The notes under the pieces: generated by a model
What the model saw: only the letters and a program-made list of their open reading frames with translations
Told to the model about the DNA's origin: nothing
The model's database searches: none
Virus record (IMG/VR): IMGVR_UViG_3300025765_000001
DNA length: 64,000 nt
Direction: 5' to 3' (one strand)
DNA from: a virus
Lineage: Duplodnaviria > Heunggongvirae > Uroviricota > Caudoviricetes
Program-made: the position numbers and the translations under genes
Shown: positions 38,743 through 48,995 of the stretch, piece after piece
How the letters are laid out: each line of letters begins with the position of its first letter
How positions within the stretch are numbered: position 1 is the first letter of the stretch

Positions 38743-39533
38743 TGAAGAGCAGCGACAAATATCATTTAATGATCGTGGGCGACGTTCATGGTCATTATGA
38801 AGAGTACCTCGAAACCATCCACCTAGCGAACTACTCGTTCCAGTTGGGCGATCTCGGTTTCGACTATACTCCGCTAGTTCGCAGCAAACGATGGCATCCC
38901 GACCGCCACAAGTTTCTGCCTGGAAACCACGACAACTACTCTATCAAGGAAGCGGTCGGCGTCACCGAGGTTCCTGATTCGTACTCTAAGTACGTCCAAG
39001 TCGGCGGGCGGGTGTATGAATACACGCATTTGCCGAACAACTTCATCGGCAACTATGGCGTGTGGAAAGTTCCAGAGACGAAGCCGGGCGGCGAGTACGG
39101 TGATTCCATCTTTTTTGTTCGTGGTGCATGGAGTATTGATTTCTATCATCGCACTCTTGGCATTGATATCTGGGATAACGAAGAGCTAACCTACCAGGAA
39201 TGCGAAAACGCCATCAAGATGTATGAGGAAGTTAAGCCTCAAATTGTGGTGACGCATACTGGCCCGCAAATGCTGGAGAGCCACTTGAAGCTCACGTTCG
39301 GTGACGGACGCCCTGTGGAAACCAGGACGACGTTGTGCCTTCAGCGAATGATCGAAATTCACCGACCGAAGCTCTGGGTGTTCGGGCACTACCACCAGGA
39401 GTTTGACCGCATTATTGACGGGTGCCAGTTCGTGTGTCTGGAAGAGTTGGCTTTTATGTGCTTTGATAATCAGATGAATCCAATCTCGGCGAACAAGGAA
39501 ACTACATTCCTGCCGCTTGCCACAGGAGCATGA
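38742..39533 (+). CDS. Calcineurin-like metallophosphoesterase
   Basis: GDVHG, GD, GNHD, TH, GHYH. Confidence 0.85.
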   Translation: MKSSDKYHLMIVGDVHGHYEEYLETIHLANYSFQLGDLGFDYTPLVRSKRWHPDRHKFLPGNHDNYSIKEAVGVTEVPDSYSKYVQVGGRVYEYTHLPNNFIGNYGVWKVPETKPGGEYGDSIFFVRGAWSIDFYHRTLGIDIWDNEELTYQECENAIKMYEEVKPQIVVTHTGPQMLESHLKLTFGDGRPVETRTTLCLQRMIEIHRPKLWVFGHYHQEFDRIIDGCQFVCLEELAFMCFDNQMNPISANKETTFLPLATGA

Positions 39534-39907
39534 CGTGATCTCGGTTGCTAAGGCTGCCACTATTTCGGCTTCATCTTTCCTAAGTCGAAACCTTTCGGCG
39601 GCAGGCCATTCACCCATCACGCCTGGATTCTGAACAAAGAGCAAGTCACCGACCCGACACATTGGGTGTTCGAGGCCATCAAGCCCTACATTTATGTCGG
39701 ACCCATATCCGATGAGTATGATTTTGGAGGAAACCGACTTCACGAAATACGACAAGGTTTCGTTCGGTCAAATGTTGTGACTTGGCAACTTGTCGCTCGA
39801 TGTGCTGGACGACGAGATCGAGACACTCTACAAGTGGCTGATAGCAGAGGAGTTACAAGGGGTCATCCCAATCGATAATCGCCGACATGTTCTTGAGGCA
39901 AAATGAT
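39530..39907 (+). pseudogene. Fragmented hypothetical gene
   Basis: Protein-like segments (HHAWI...DPTHWVFE...YDFGGN; NLSLDVLDDEIETLYKWL) in different frames with internal stops. Confidence 0.4.
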
Positions 39908-39946
39908 TTACGCCACAATGAGACGCACTACAATGAGTTTTGAGGT

Positions 39947-40552
39947 ATGACGATGCTCTACGTAAGTTTGAAAAGGGAGGCCGTATACGATCTGACGGCA
40001 AAACGAGAACTTGCCGCCCTGGAAAGTACCTTGGACTTCTACGGTGTCCTCCCTGAAGAAAGACAAATCGCTGCTGAGGCGATTCTTCGTCTTCGGTCGT
40101 TGAAGGCCGTTGAGGAAATTATTCCAGCCCAAGACGACGGGAAGCTTAAGCTGTTCATCAAGATGCACGACTCGTTCGTGGATCAACTACACCGGCACCG
40201 TCTGTTCGTCTACGGCACCCTCAAGAGCGGACATGCTCGTTCGGGGTTGTTAGAAGGACAAACGTTGCAGGGTAAAGCCGTAACCGTACCTGAGTACCGC
40301 ATGTACAACTGCGGAAGCTACCCTGCCCTTGTTTACGATCCTGAAAACGGCGAAGAGATCGAAGGTGAACTGTGGGAGATCGACAACGAACTGCTACACC
40401 GCTTGGATCGAGTAGAAGGCGTACCAGACCTTTACGTGAGGACTGAAGTGCGATTGAAAGTCCCGCCCATTCATGGTAAGGTGTTGACCTACCTTTTTAA
40501 CCGCAGTACAGCCGGTCTAGCTGAATGCGGCACCGCCTGGACGGGGTACTGA
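39947..40552 (+). CDS. Gamma-glutamylcyclotransferase (AIG2-like) with N-terminal extension
   Basis: LFVYGTLKSG, YPAL, IEGELW, LDRVEG..Y.R. Confidence 0.85.
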   Translation: MTMLYVSLKREAVYDLTAKRELAALESTLDFYGVLPEERQIAAEAILRLRSLKAVEEIIPAQDDGKLKLFIKMHDSFVDQLHRHRLFVYGTLKSGHARSGLLEGQTLQGKAVTVPEYRMYNCGSYPALVYDPENGEEIEGELWEIDNELLHRLDRVEGVPDLYVRTEVRLKVPPIHGKVLTYLFNRSTAGLAECGTAWTGY

Positions 40553-40599
40553 GGTAGTATCAAGTCCACAGCACATCAAGTCGTTTCCAAAGTGGCTTG

Positions 40600-40724
40600 T
40601 GCCGGGTAGTGTTAAAGGTAGCACAGTGAGCCGTAGGGGAGGCAAGGTTCGATTCCGGCGAGGCAGCCTTCTTCGGGCCGGATATCCCTGCGTCTTACGG
40701 TGTAGGTTCGATTCCTACCCCGAC
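40600..40724 (+). pseudogene. Two degenerate tRNA-like elements
   Basis: TAGTGTTAAAGGTAGCAC D-arm plus GGTTCGATTCC; second element has a perfect GTAGG-TTCGATT-CCTAC T-arm and TCGGG/CCCGA stem but no D-arm. Confidence 0.55.
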
Positions 40725-40779
40725 AATTAACAGAAAGGAACCTATCATGCCTGACCCTCACCGATCTAGGAATCGAAAC

Positions 40780-41133
40780 ATGAGCGAACCCACCACCGCC
40801 CCTCAGTACATCAATATCGATGATGTTGCGAAGCTCGACCTTCGTGTAGTCACGATCACCGAGGCTGTGAACCACCTTAAGGCCGACCGGCTGGTGATTC
40901 TACAAGTCAACGATGGCACGGACAAACCCCGGCAGATCGTCGCTGGCATCCGTGAACACTGCCCGGTCGAAACTCTAGTGGGCAGGCAAATCGTCATCAT
41001 TGCCAACCTGGAACCGAGGGAGCTTTGGGGCACGTTGTCACAAGGCATGTTGCTGGCTGCAAAGGACAACGAAAACCGGCTCGCTGTTCTGACGCCGCAT
41101 CAGTTCGTCTCGCCGGGATCGAAGGTATCGTAA
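40780..41133 (+). CDS. Stand-alone tRNA-binding OB domain (Trbp111/CsaA/MetRS C-domain)
   Basis: LDLRV..I...ADRL..L.V..G...RQIVAGI...ANLEPR.L.G.LSQGMLLAA. Confidence 0.9.
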   Translation: MSEPTTAPQYINIDDVAKLDLRVVTITEAVNHLKADRLVILQVNDGTDKPRQIVAGIREHCPVETLVGRQIVIIANLEPRELWGTLSQGMLLAAKDNENRLAVLTPHQFVSPGSKVS

Positions 41134-41654
41134 ACCCCAAAACTACTACGGCGGCGAGTCCGAGCTATGGACCTGTATCTTCCCTGGGAAGATGGGCATA
41201 AGCTGGAAGCTACAGAACAAAAGCAGAGGCACAGGCAGCCAAGAACCGCAACGTAGTTGCGGTTCCGCTTGCCTTGTGGCTTCGTTACAAGGAATACGAG
41301 CATCGGGCGGTGCTGGCGGAAAATAAGCTGGTCGAGGTTGCCCGGCTCAGACTCGACTATAACGACGGCGAACCTGTCTTTGTCGATCTGTGTCCTAAAG
41401 AGGAGCGTGTGGCATGAGTCACCCGGTCCTGAAATCCTGACAGGAGCGGTGTACGGCGACGACTTGGAACGCCTGCCTAAAAAGTTGATGAACAAAGCCC
41501 GGCAACGCATCCTTGACTACCAGAAAGAACAACTAGATGTAGTGCCGAAATTGGCGGGTGATTTGCAACGAGCAAGAGCAGAGCTAGAGAAACGCCTTGA
41601 CGCTAGCACCAATCTCGAAAAACTACAGCAGGCGGTTCAGTTAGGAGGTAGTCA

Positions 41655-43175
41655 GTGAAGAAGTTTTTCATCACCACCGCAATCGACTATCCCAACGCCC
41701 TTCCGCATATCGGGACCGCTTTCGAGAAGATCGGGGCCGATGTCCAGGCTCGTTTCCGTCGCATGGACAACTTCGACGTTCGGTTCCTCATGGGCAACGA
41801 TGAGAACACCGTCAAGGTTCTCAAACGTGCCGAGGAGTTGAAGCGTGACCCGAAGGTGTACGTCGATGATATGGCGAACGACTTCAAGGCCGTTTGGGAT
41901 GCCCTGGGCATCACTTACACTCGCTTCATCCAGACGACCGACGCCGACCATCAGAAGAATGTTGTCGATTTTATTTTGCGGGTGCAGCAGAGGACTCCTG
42001 GTGCCTTTGTGAAGAAGCCGTATAGCGGCATGTATTGCGAAGGCTGCGAGGAGTTCAAGATCGGCGGTGTCTGTATGACCCACCTGGGTCAGCCGCTCAA
42101 GAAGATCGAGGAGGAACACTGGTTTTTCGCCCTGTCGAAATTCCGTGGTTTTCTCGCCGATTTCCACAAGAGGAATTCAGACTTCATCCAACCAGAATCC
42201 AAGCGTGCCGAGGTACTCAACCAGATCAACACATTAGAGGATATCTGCGTCACGAGGTACATGGATTGGGGAATCCCTTTTCCTATCGATCCTTCGTACA
42301 AGGTCTATGTTTGGTTCGACGCCCTTTTGAACTATATCACTGGTGCGAATGGCTATTGGCCTCCGCTGCATGTCATCGGGAAAGACATCGTGCGTTTCCA
42401 TACTTTGCTGTGGCCCGCTATGCTACAGGCTGCACAGTGTATGCAACCAACCGGTGTATTCGTGCATGGATTTGTGTTGCGTGACGGCAAGAAGGAGTCG
42501 AAGAGCAGCGGCAACGCCCTCACCCCCATCTCTCTGATTCAGGATTACGGGGCCGACGCTGTTCGTTACTACTTCATGAGCAAGTGCAACTTCCACGGCG
42601 ACGGAGACTATACAGAAACTCATATCAAGGAAATCTACAACGGCGAGCTTGCCAATAATCTTGGCAATCTTTTGAGTCGTGTGACTTCCATGATTTTGAA
42701 ATACTTCCCTGATGGGTTGCCAGTGGCGGCAAAGGCAGCGACCCCCTGGGTCAACGAGGACTGGTACAATCGTTTTTGTCTAGAAATGGGCCGCTTCAAC
42801 TATGCTCCAGCCATCCACAATGTCTGGGAGTTGTTGGGCCAGGGCAACATCGCTATCGAAAAGGGCGAGCCGTGGAACCTCTACAAAGAAGGAAAGCTAG
42901 ATGCACTAGCGGAGCTTCTTCGTGATGAAGTCGCTCTACTCCGTATCGTGGCACTGTGCGTCTCCCCCGTCATGCCCACCACGGCACAGAAGCTCTACAT
43001 GACCTTCCGGTACGATGACGACGATGCCGAAGAAGTTAATTATTGGGAGGCCGTGAACAAGCTGAGTTTCCTGCGGCTGGTGAGCCGTGACAACCAATTT
43101 TTGCTAGGTCCGGTGCGTGTCCGGCCCGAAGCGTTGGTTGACGGGAAGCTGCCGCCTTTATTCCCACGGAAGTAG
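41655..43175 (+). CDS. metG: Methionyl-tRNA synthetase (core, no C-terminal OB domain)
   Basis: TTAIDYPN..PHIG, YVWFDALLNY, HVIGKDI.RFH, KESKS, LANNLGNL.SR. Confidence 0.95.
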   Translation: MKKFFITTAIDYPNALPHIGTAFEKIGADVQARFRRMDNFDVRFLMGNDENTVKVLKRAEELKRDPKVYVDDMANDFKAVWDALGITYTRFIQTTDADHQKNVVDFILRVQQRTPGAFVKKPYSGMYCEGCEEFKIGGVCMTHLGQPLKKIEEEHWFFALSKFRGFLADFHKRNSDFIQPESKRAEVLNQINTLEDICVTRYMDWGIPFPIDPSYKVYVWFDALLNYITGANGYWPPLHVIGKDIVRFHTLLWPAMLQAAQCMQPTGVFVHGFVLRDGKKESKSSGNALTPISLIQDYGADAVRYYFMSKCNFHGDGDYTETHIKEIYNGELANNLGNLLSRVTSMILKYFPDGLPVAAKAATPWVNEDWYNRFCLEMGRFNYAPAIHNVWELLGQGNIAIEKGEPWNLYKEGKLDALAELLRDEVALLRIVALCVSPVMPTTAQKLYMTFRYDDDDAEEVNYWEAVNKLSFLRLVSRDNQFLLGPVRVRPEALVDGKLPPLFPRK

Positions 43176-43177
43176 AA

Positions 43178-43483
43178 ATGAAACTCGACAAACTGATAAT
43201 GCAGGAAGTTGATGTGCTTTTGTGTGACAAGCTCATCAAACTCTGCGATGAGATGTTGGACAAAGTTGGCCTGATGCCAGCAGAAACGAGGGAGGCTTGG
43301 AATAGAGAGATCGTAGCCTCGAAGCAACGTATCGAGGAAACCAGATCGCTATTCCAAGTTGATCCGAATCGTGATACAACACACAAAGACAGGACTGTGG
43401 TGCTGATACACCTTACTCTGGCACAGCAATTCGCCAACTTTCTTCGTGAGGAAGGGGAGCGTAGAAATGAAGCTGGAAGTTAA
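43178..43483 (+). CDS. Hypothetical protein
   Basis: 101-aa ORF coupled to metG. Confidence 0.55.
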   Translation: MKLDKLIMQEVDVLLCDKLIKLCDEMLDKVGLMPAETREAWNREIVASKQRIEETRSLFQVDPNRDTTHKDRTVVLIHLTLAQQFANFLREEGERRNEAGS

Positions 43484-43637
43484 GGTTTACAAGAGTCAGT
43501 AGCTCCACACCTTCGTGAACAGTTCAAAGATATCGCCTGTTTCTACATCGAAGCGAACAGAATAGTCATTGTCTCCCACGGAGTACCTTACGACAAACTC
43601 ATAAGCATTTTTGGAGACGGTTATGCCTGAATAGGAC

Positions 43638-43943
43638 ATGGGAGCCGATTTTCTAGCCGATCTAGCAAAACTCAAGACGGCCAGAGAAAAGGAAAAAGCC
43701 GAAAAGCCTCCCGCTTTCACCAAGAAAGAACACCCGAAGGTTGAATTGACCGGCGATCAGAAGCGTATCGTGATTGAGTATATCATGCACGCTGGCAAAG
43801 GTATATTCGAGGACGTTCCTGAGTTCTGGGCCGGGATGAGCCATGACCAAATAGACGCTGCCTACCCAGCGGTAAGAGAGGCGGTAGACAAGTTTGTAGA
43901 GGAATGTAAACACCATTTGCTCGTCACCATTGGAGAGGCATAG
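43638..43943 (+). CDS. Hypothetical protein
   Basis: 101-aa ORF in a co-directional run. Confidence 0.55.
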   Translation: MGADFLADLAKLKTAREKEKAEKPPAFTKKEHPKVELTGDQKRIVIEYIMHAGKGIFEDVPEFWAGMSHDQIDAAYPAVREAVDKFVEECKHHLLVTIGEA

Positions 43944-43945
43944 CC

Positions 43946-44281
43946 ATGTTGCAGGGCGTTGATCCATCGATCCTCACCGAACAGAACCTCACGGATGAGC
44001 AAATCCTGGGTCGGCGATACTGCTACTGTCCCAAGGGCGACGAGGCTTCCAAGAGACTCCGTGCCCTGCACGAAAGCCAAGGAGTACCTAAAGGCTTCTG
44101 CGGCAAGTGTCAGGTTTGCGACGAACCTGGGCATGTTTGTCACTACCCCGGCCCGCTCCCGTTCACAGGCCGTTGGTGTGACAAACACTACTTGATAGAA
44201 GTTCGAGAAAAGCCTATGCTCACAGCGATTCGAGAACGTAGGAAACTCAACTTCAGAAAGAAGGATAAGGGAGAATCATGA
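43946..44281 (+). CDS. Cys/His-rich hypothetical protein
   Basis: GGAG RBS; multiple CxxC. Confidence 0.55.
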   Translation: MLQGVDPSILTEQNLTDEQILGRRYCYCPKGDEASKRLRALHESQGVPKGFCGKCQVCDEPGHVCHYPGPLPFTGRWCDKHYLIEVREKPMLTAIRERRKLNFRKKDKGES

Positions 44282-44691
44282 ATGGGAAGAAAAGCAAGCG
44301 TGGTTGGCTCTATATCGACATCGCCTTTCTGGTGTGTCTTCTCCTGATTGGAGGTTGTTGCGGCGGCTGTATCAGCGACAAAGGCTTCCATTACTCAGAA
44401 GGGCACCGAGATGGCTATATCCAGAAGTTCTCCAAGAAGGGGTTGTTCTTCAAGACCTGGGAGGGCGAGATGGCCTTGCCTGGGTTCAGGAATGTCGGTG
44501 CCGGTGACAACCAGACGGTCAGTAATGTCTTCGCCTTCACGGTAGACGACGAGAAGCTGATCGAGGAGATCAACAACCTCACCGCCAACGATTTTGTCCG
44601 CATCTATTACGATCAGCGTGTGCTAGGTTCGCCACTCCACGGCGAAACCGGGTACTTCGTCACCAAGGTAGAGAAACTTGAAAAAAGATAA
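44278..44691 (+). CDS. Membrane-anchored conserved phage protein
   Basis: TM helix then YSEG.R.G...KFSKKG..FKTWEGE. Confidence 0.7.
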   Translation: MNGKKSKRGWLYIDIAFLVCLLLIGGCCGGCISDKGFHYSEGHRDGYIQKFSKKGLFFKTWEGEMALPGFRNVGAGDNQTVSNVFAFTVDDEKLIEEINNLTANDFVRIYYDQRVLGSPLHGETGYFVTKVEKLEKR

Positions 44692-44782
44692 TCTCAACTG
44701 GTGCGGGAACCCCAAATGCAGGCATTAGGCATACCGGAGCCATTTGGTATGCCGTGCCTGTTAGCAAGAGCTTCCAAGGGAG

Positions 44783-45010
44783 ATGAGAATATACATTTCT
44801 CATCTTCCCCAATGGGAGCTATTTCGTCAGTGGAACGCCCTCAGAAGCTACATCGCAACTTGGTTTGGAGGCGAGCATGAAAGAAATAAGGGTTGGGAAC
44901 ATGGGGAAATCTACGGAAACCTGTAGATAGTTTTCTGGGCGAACATCAAGAAAGACCCGCCGAAGCCGAAAGCCGCCAAGACCCCGCCAGTCATCTACCT
45001 TCCCATGTAG
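44783..45010 (+). CDS. Small hypothetical gene with in-frame TAG at 44924 (not in ORF track)
   Basis: AGGGAG RBS, MRIYISHL...GEIYGNL*IVFWANIKKDPPKPK...LPM*. Confidence 0.45.
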
Positions 45011-45079
45011 CCACTCACATAAAACCTCTAGCGAGAAAGGAGGTTTTCTGATATTCTTCTCCAAGGAAGGGGAATAGAG

Positions 45080-45883
45080 ATGGAAAACAAACTCTTACAA
45101 CAGGCAAGGAAGACGCCCATCTATGGCAACTGCAAGGTTTTGGACCCTGCCGGTATACTAATTTTCCGCTGTGACCAGAAGAAAGCGAATTGGTATATCA
45201 AGAAGGGCCTGGGCGAGCTAGTTGCCGAGGAGCCGTACTACACAGTGCAACTCAACTTCACACCCAAAGGCAACGGGCATGTAGGGGAGCCGTTCTACCT
45301 ACAGGATAAGCAGAACCGCTGTGTGATGTGTGGCACCGAGTATGACCTAACCAAGCACCATTGCGTCCCGTATTGCTATCGGCAGTTCTTCCTCGAAGAG
45401 TTCAAGATGCATACTTCGCATGATGTGCTGGCTCTATGCATTCCCCATCACCATGAGTATGAAAAGCACGCCACAAGGTTGAAGGTCGAGTTGGGCAAGC
45501 TATACGGTGTGCCTTTGAGTGGGGTTGGCGTTTTTTACGACAAGAGTGTAGCAAGAGTCCGTGGGGCTGCTCATACTCTGCTAGAACACAAAGATGTCAT
45601 TCCGCCTGATCGCCAAGAGGAACTGTTGGGAAGGATTCGGGACTACCTGGAAAAACCTCCTGGCGAACCCATTACGGAAGATGAATTGCAGGCACTAAAA
45701 CTCCTGCACCCATCGATCAAAACGGATGAATACGAGCGTCACGGAGAAGGCGTGGTCAAGCAACTAAAGTACATTGGGGCCTTCTGCGAGATGTGGAGAT
45801 ACCACTTCATCGACTGTGTGCAGCCCCAATTTTTACCGGAACATTGGAGCGTGAGCTATGTTCCGAAGGTCAGGAAACGGTAA
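45080..45883 (+). CDS. HNH-like protein resembling the EXD2 C-terminal domain
   Basis: CD.KKA.WY..KGLG, CV.CG, HH.VP..YR, HDVL.LC. Confidence 0.65.
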   Translation: MENKLLQQARKTPIYGNCKVLDPAGILIFRCDQKKANWYIKKGLGELVAEEPYYTVQLNFTPKGNGHVGEPFYLQDKQNRCVMCGTEYDLTKHHCVPYCYRQFFLEEFKMHTSHDVLALCIPHHHEYEKHATRLKVELGKLYGVPLSGVGVFYDKSVARVRGAAHTLLEHKDVIPPDRQEELLGRIRDYLEKPPGEPITEDELQALKLLHPSIKTDEYERHGEGVVKQLKYIGAFCEMWRYHFIDCVQPQFLPEHWSVSYVPKVRKR

Positions 45884-46155
45884 GCAAGGAAGGGAAGCAC
45901 AAATCGTTGGACAAGAGCTTGAGACAAGAGATCGCTTGGCTTGAGTCGTTAGACATAGTTGAGCGAGTCATCTTGGGCATCAGCGAGGCTTGCCGACACA
46001 GCTACACACCGGGACACCTGAAGGTACAAGGTGATATCGAGGCCGGAATCCGATTGAACGCCTATTCTGGCAACGGCGTTACCAAGGTTTTCATTCGAGT
46101 TACACCAGAGAACAAGAAGACGTTCTTGGAACTCATAGAGAAGAGGTACAGCTAA
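45880..46155 (+). CDS. Hypothetical protein (start unclear)
   Basis: Open frame HKSLDKSLRQEIAWLES... Confidence 0.5.
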   Translation, partial: VSKEGKHKSLDKSLRQEIAWLESLDIVERVILGISEACRHSYTPGHLKVQGDIEAGIRLNAYSGNGVTKVFIRVTPENKKTFLELIEKRYS

Positions 46156-46407
46156 TGCCAGTATTTCTAGTTGAATGGGAAACGACTGGTTGCATTCCAG
46201 TCGAAGCCGATACGCCATCAACAACAAAATCGCCTTCGTTACACAGGGCCTATGTATTGCCAAGTCTGCTCGAATATCCTTGGCTGGTTTTTGCGATAGA
46301 AAGCGGCTGGGAGTATGTGAGATCGCTGTAGGTTTTTCAATGACTTCCTGCTGTTTACCACTACAGAGAAGGAGGCATGTACCTCTTCCATCAACTGATT
46401 TCCAGCT

Positions 46408-46821
46408 ATGTTGACCTTGAGTAACGGCTTCAGTTTTGATTTTGCTTGTGCGTCCGGTGCCCTGGCTTTCGACGGTAGAGGCTGGCCCTGGGAGTGGCCC
46501 CTTTGTTGGTTGGGCCTGATAGACCCACACCAGCTTGTCGTTGTGATAGTACAGCCACGTAAAAGAAATCTCCGATGATGGCACCCTTGGCATTGCGTCT
46601 GGTTTGCTCCGTCTTCTGGCTTCGTCAATGCGGTAGAAATGCAGGTGATCGGCGGCGGGATCGAGACGCTGGATGACATGCTTGAGTTCCAAGATGTAGG
46701 GGCGTCTGCCTTTAGCATCGGTTCTCTTTTTCTGAAAAGGCCCTGGCGTTCCAGCAAAATCGTTGCCGAATACCGGAAATTGCTAGGAAATCAAGGACTT
46801 TGTGACTTTACACCCAAGTAA
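46408..46821 (+). pseudogene. pyrD: Dihydroorotate dehydrogenase remnant
   Basis: LSNG...ASGALAFDGRGW.WEW N-terminus, in-frame TGA at 46576, FVNAV joined directly to C-terminal IGGGI...GASAFSIGS. Confidence 0.65.
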
Positions 46822-46890
46822 ACCGGGTCTACAATGGATGTGGTGGTCCGCACTGTGCGGGCCGTAGTCCGTCCACTGGAGGAACATGTC

Positions 46891-47223
46891 ATGTCAAACG
46901 GCACTGCTACCGCCACGCCCCGTTCGATCTCCAAGAGCCAGCTTGTGCAAGAGCTTGCGGAGGAATCGGGGCAGCCCAAGGTCGCTGTCAAAACCGTCTT
47001 GTCCGCCCTGGAGACCGTCATCCAGAAGCAGGTAGGTCGGCGAGGCCCTGGGGTTTTCGTACTTCCCGGTCTGGTGAAGATTCAGCGTCACCGCAAACCG
47101 GCCCGGAAAGCACGGCAGGGGATCAACCCCTTCACCAAGCAGCCGCAGACCTTCGCCGCCAAGCCCGCCCGCACGGTCGCCAAGGTCCGGCCCCTGAAGA
47201 AGCTGAAGGAGATGATTACCTAA
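46891..47223 (+). CDS. HU family DNA-binding protein
   Basis: SKSQL..ELAE; F.LPGL.K...KPARKAR.G.NPFT. Confidence 0.9.
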   Translation: MSNGTATATPRSISKSQLVQELAEESGQPKVAVKTVLSALETVIQKQVGRRGPGVFVLPGLVKIQRHRKPARKARQGINPFTKQPQTFAAKPARTVAKVRPLKKLKEMIT

Positions 47224-47415
47224 GTCTTCGGCAAGAAGTTAAGACTCGCTGCGGCGTGATTGTGCCTCTGAGTGGCCGAAGCCAGAGGACGGCGAGCGAA
47301 AGCGTAGACCCGATCACAGTCCGGCTAGCCCAGCGTGCCGGTGTAGGAGCAATATAGGAAAATCGGCCAGCGAGTTCTTCTATGGTTGCCACAAAACAGA
47401 GAGGAAAAAAGCAAA

Positions 47416-47811
47416 ATGAGAACTGCCACGGCAGATCGTATGACACATCCGATTTCACCTATGTCGTTGAGGATGCCAGTGAAGAACAAGCGTCATCAGC
47501 GACGGCTTCCACCAATCACCCACCGGCAGTTCTTGATTCTCGACCTGATCGGCGACAAGCAAAACGTGCCGGGGGCCGAGATTCGGAGGGGCCTGCTTAC
47601 CTATGGCGAGGCCAACACCAGTCCGTCGTTCTACCAATCGATGAAGCGGCTGGAGGACGCTGGATACGTTTCAGGGCAATACGAGTTCAGCACCATGAAG
47701 GACTCTCTAGACCGAGACGGCTGCGTGCGAGAGAAGACTTACTGCCTCACGGCGGAAGGTCGCAAGGTCCACAACGAGTGCCTGGAGTTCTACCAGGACC
47801 GGGCCAAGTAA
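47416..47811 (+). CDS. PadR-like winged-helix regulator
   Basis: FYQSMKRLE.AGYV...Y.LT.EG. Confidence 0.7.
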   Translation: MRTATADRMTHPISPMSLRMPVKNKRHQRRLPPITHRQFLILDLIGDKQNVPGAEIRRGLLTYGEANTSPSFYQSMKRLEDAGYVSGQYEFSTMKDSLDRDGCVREKTYCLTAEGRKVHNECLEFYQDRAK

Positions 47812-47832
47812 AATCTATTTCACGGAGCGAGC

Positions 47833-48570
47833 ATGGCACGGAAGATTCTGAACCGGAAGATTCTGAACCGGGTAACTGTCACTGGTGCAGACAACAGCAT
47901 CAGGGCCGAGGACTTGCTGCCTCTATCGCAGCGGTTCCCCTATGTTGAGTGCGGGATTCTGCTATCGAAGAGTCAGATGGGCAATACCCGGTTTCCGAGC
48001 AGAGAGTGGCTCGATACACTGGCTTCCTTGGCTCTCCAACTACAACTATCCGGCCACATCTGCGGTCGGTGGGTTCGTGACATCTGTGAAGGCAACTGGA
48101 CCATCTACGATGACTTGCCGGTTCTCGGCACGTTTAAGCGGTTGCAGTTGAACTTCCACAGTCAGGTACATCGACTGGACCGAGACAGGTTTTTCGGTGC
48201 GATCACGAACCTGATGGCGAAAGGTCATTTGTGCGATAAACAGATCATCTTTCAGCTAGATGATGTTAACAACGAGCTTCTCGACTTCGCCCTGTCGAGA
48301 GGCATCAACGCTGTAGGTTTGTTCGACCGTTCCGGTGGAAATGGGATTCTGCCTGAAAGCTGGCCTACTTCTCGATATCATTATGTTGGTTACGCTGGCG
48401 GGTTTTCACCGGACAACCTGGAAGAACAGCTACAGTTGATCGAGAAGCAAGTCGGCGAGCGTTTGGTGTGGATCGACGTAGAAACCAAAGTCCGCAGCAA
48501 GGACGACAGATTTTTCGACCTAGAAAAGTGTCGTCGATTCTTGGAGGTTGCTGAGCCGTGGGTTGTGTGA
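47833..48570 (+). CDS. TrpF-like TIM-barrel hypothetical protein
   Basis: TVTGAD, E.GIL, HICG, RLQLN, LFD.SGG.G, GYAGG, WID.E; 15-bp tandem repeat gives RKILN x2. Confidence 0.6.
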   Translation: MARKILNRKILNRVTVTGADNSIRAEDLLPLSQRFPYVECGILLSKSQMGNTRFPSREWLDTLASLALQLQLSGHICGRWVRDICEGNWTIYDDLPVLGTFKRLQLNFHSQVHRLDRDRFFGAITNLMAKGHLCDKQIIFQLDDVNNELLDFALSRGINAVGLFDRSGGNGILPESWPTSRYHYVGYAGGFSPDNLEEQLQLIEKQVGERLVWIDVETKVRSKDDRFFDLEKCRRFLEVAEPWVV

Positions 48571-48715
48571 ACTGGAAGCGGGTGCCGGTGTTACTCGCCA
48601 TATATACCGGCATCTGGCTTTTACTGTTGCCACGCAGCCAAATATCACGCTGAACACGCAGCCGAGATGCAGAGACTAACGTGGCTAAACATGTACGATA
48701 GCAGGGAAGTAGAAG

Positions 48716-48992
48716 ATGTACCGCAAGTATCCCAGGACACCACATTTGCCGTGGAGCGAAGAGGCCACGACGGACGACAAGAGACTCGATTCCGTCGCCT
48801 ATCTGATCTGTAGAGATATTGTTGTCACTGAAAAGCTCGATGGTGAAAAACACGAGCATGTATTTCGACCATATTCATGCTCGCAGCTTGGATAGCAAGC
48901 ACCACCCTTCCAGAAACCTAGTCAAAGTTCTCCATGCCTCCATCAAGCACGAGATTTCGACTGGCTGGCGTATCGTCGGCGAGAACGGATGA
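48716..48992 (+). pseudogene. RNA ligase (Rnl2-like) N-terminal remnant
   Basis: KYPRTPHLPWS...VTEKLDGE, extra A in GAAAAAC shifts the frame, then NT...HIHARS...GEN and truncation. Confidence 0.75.
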
Positions 48993-48995
48993 ACA

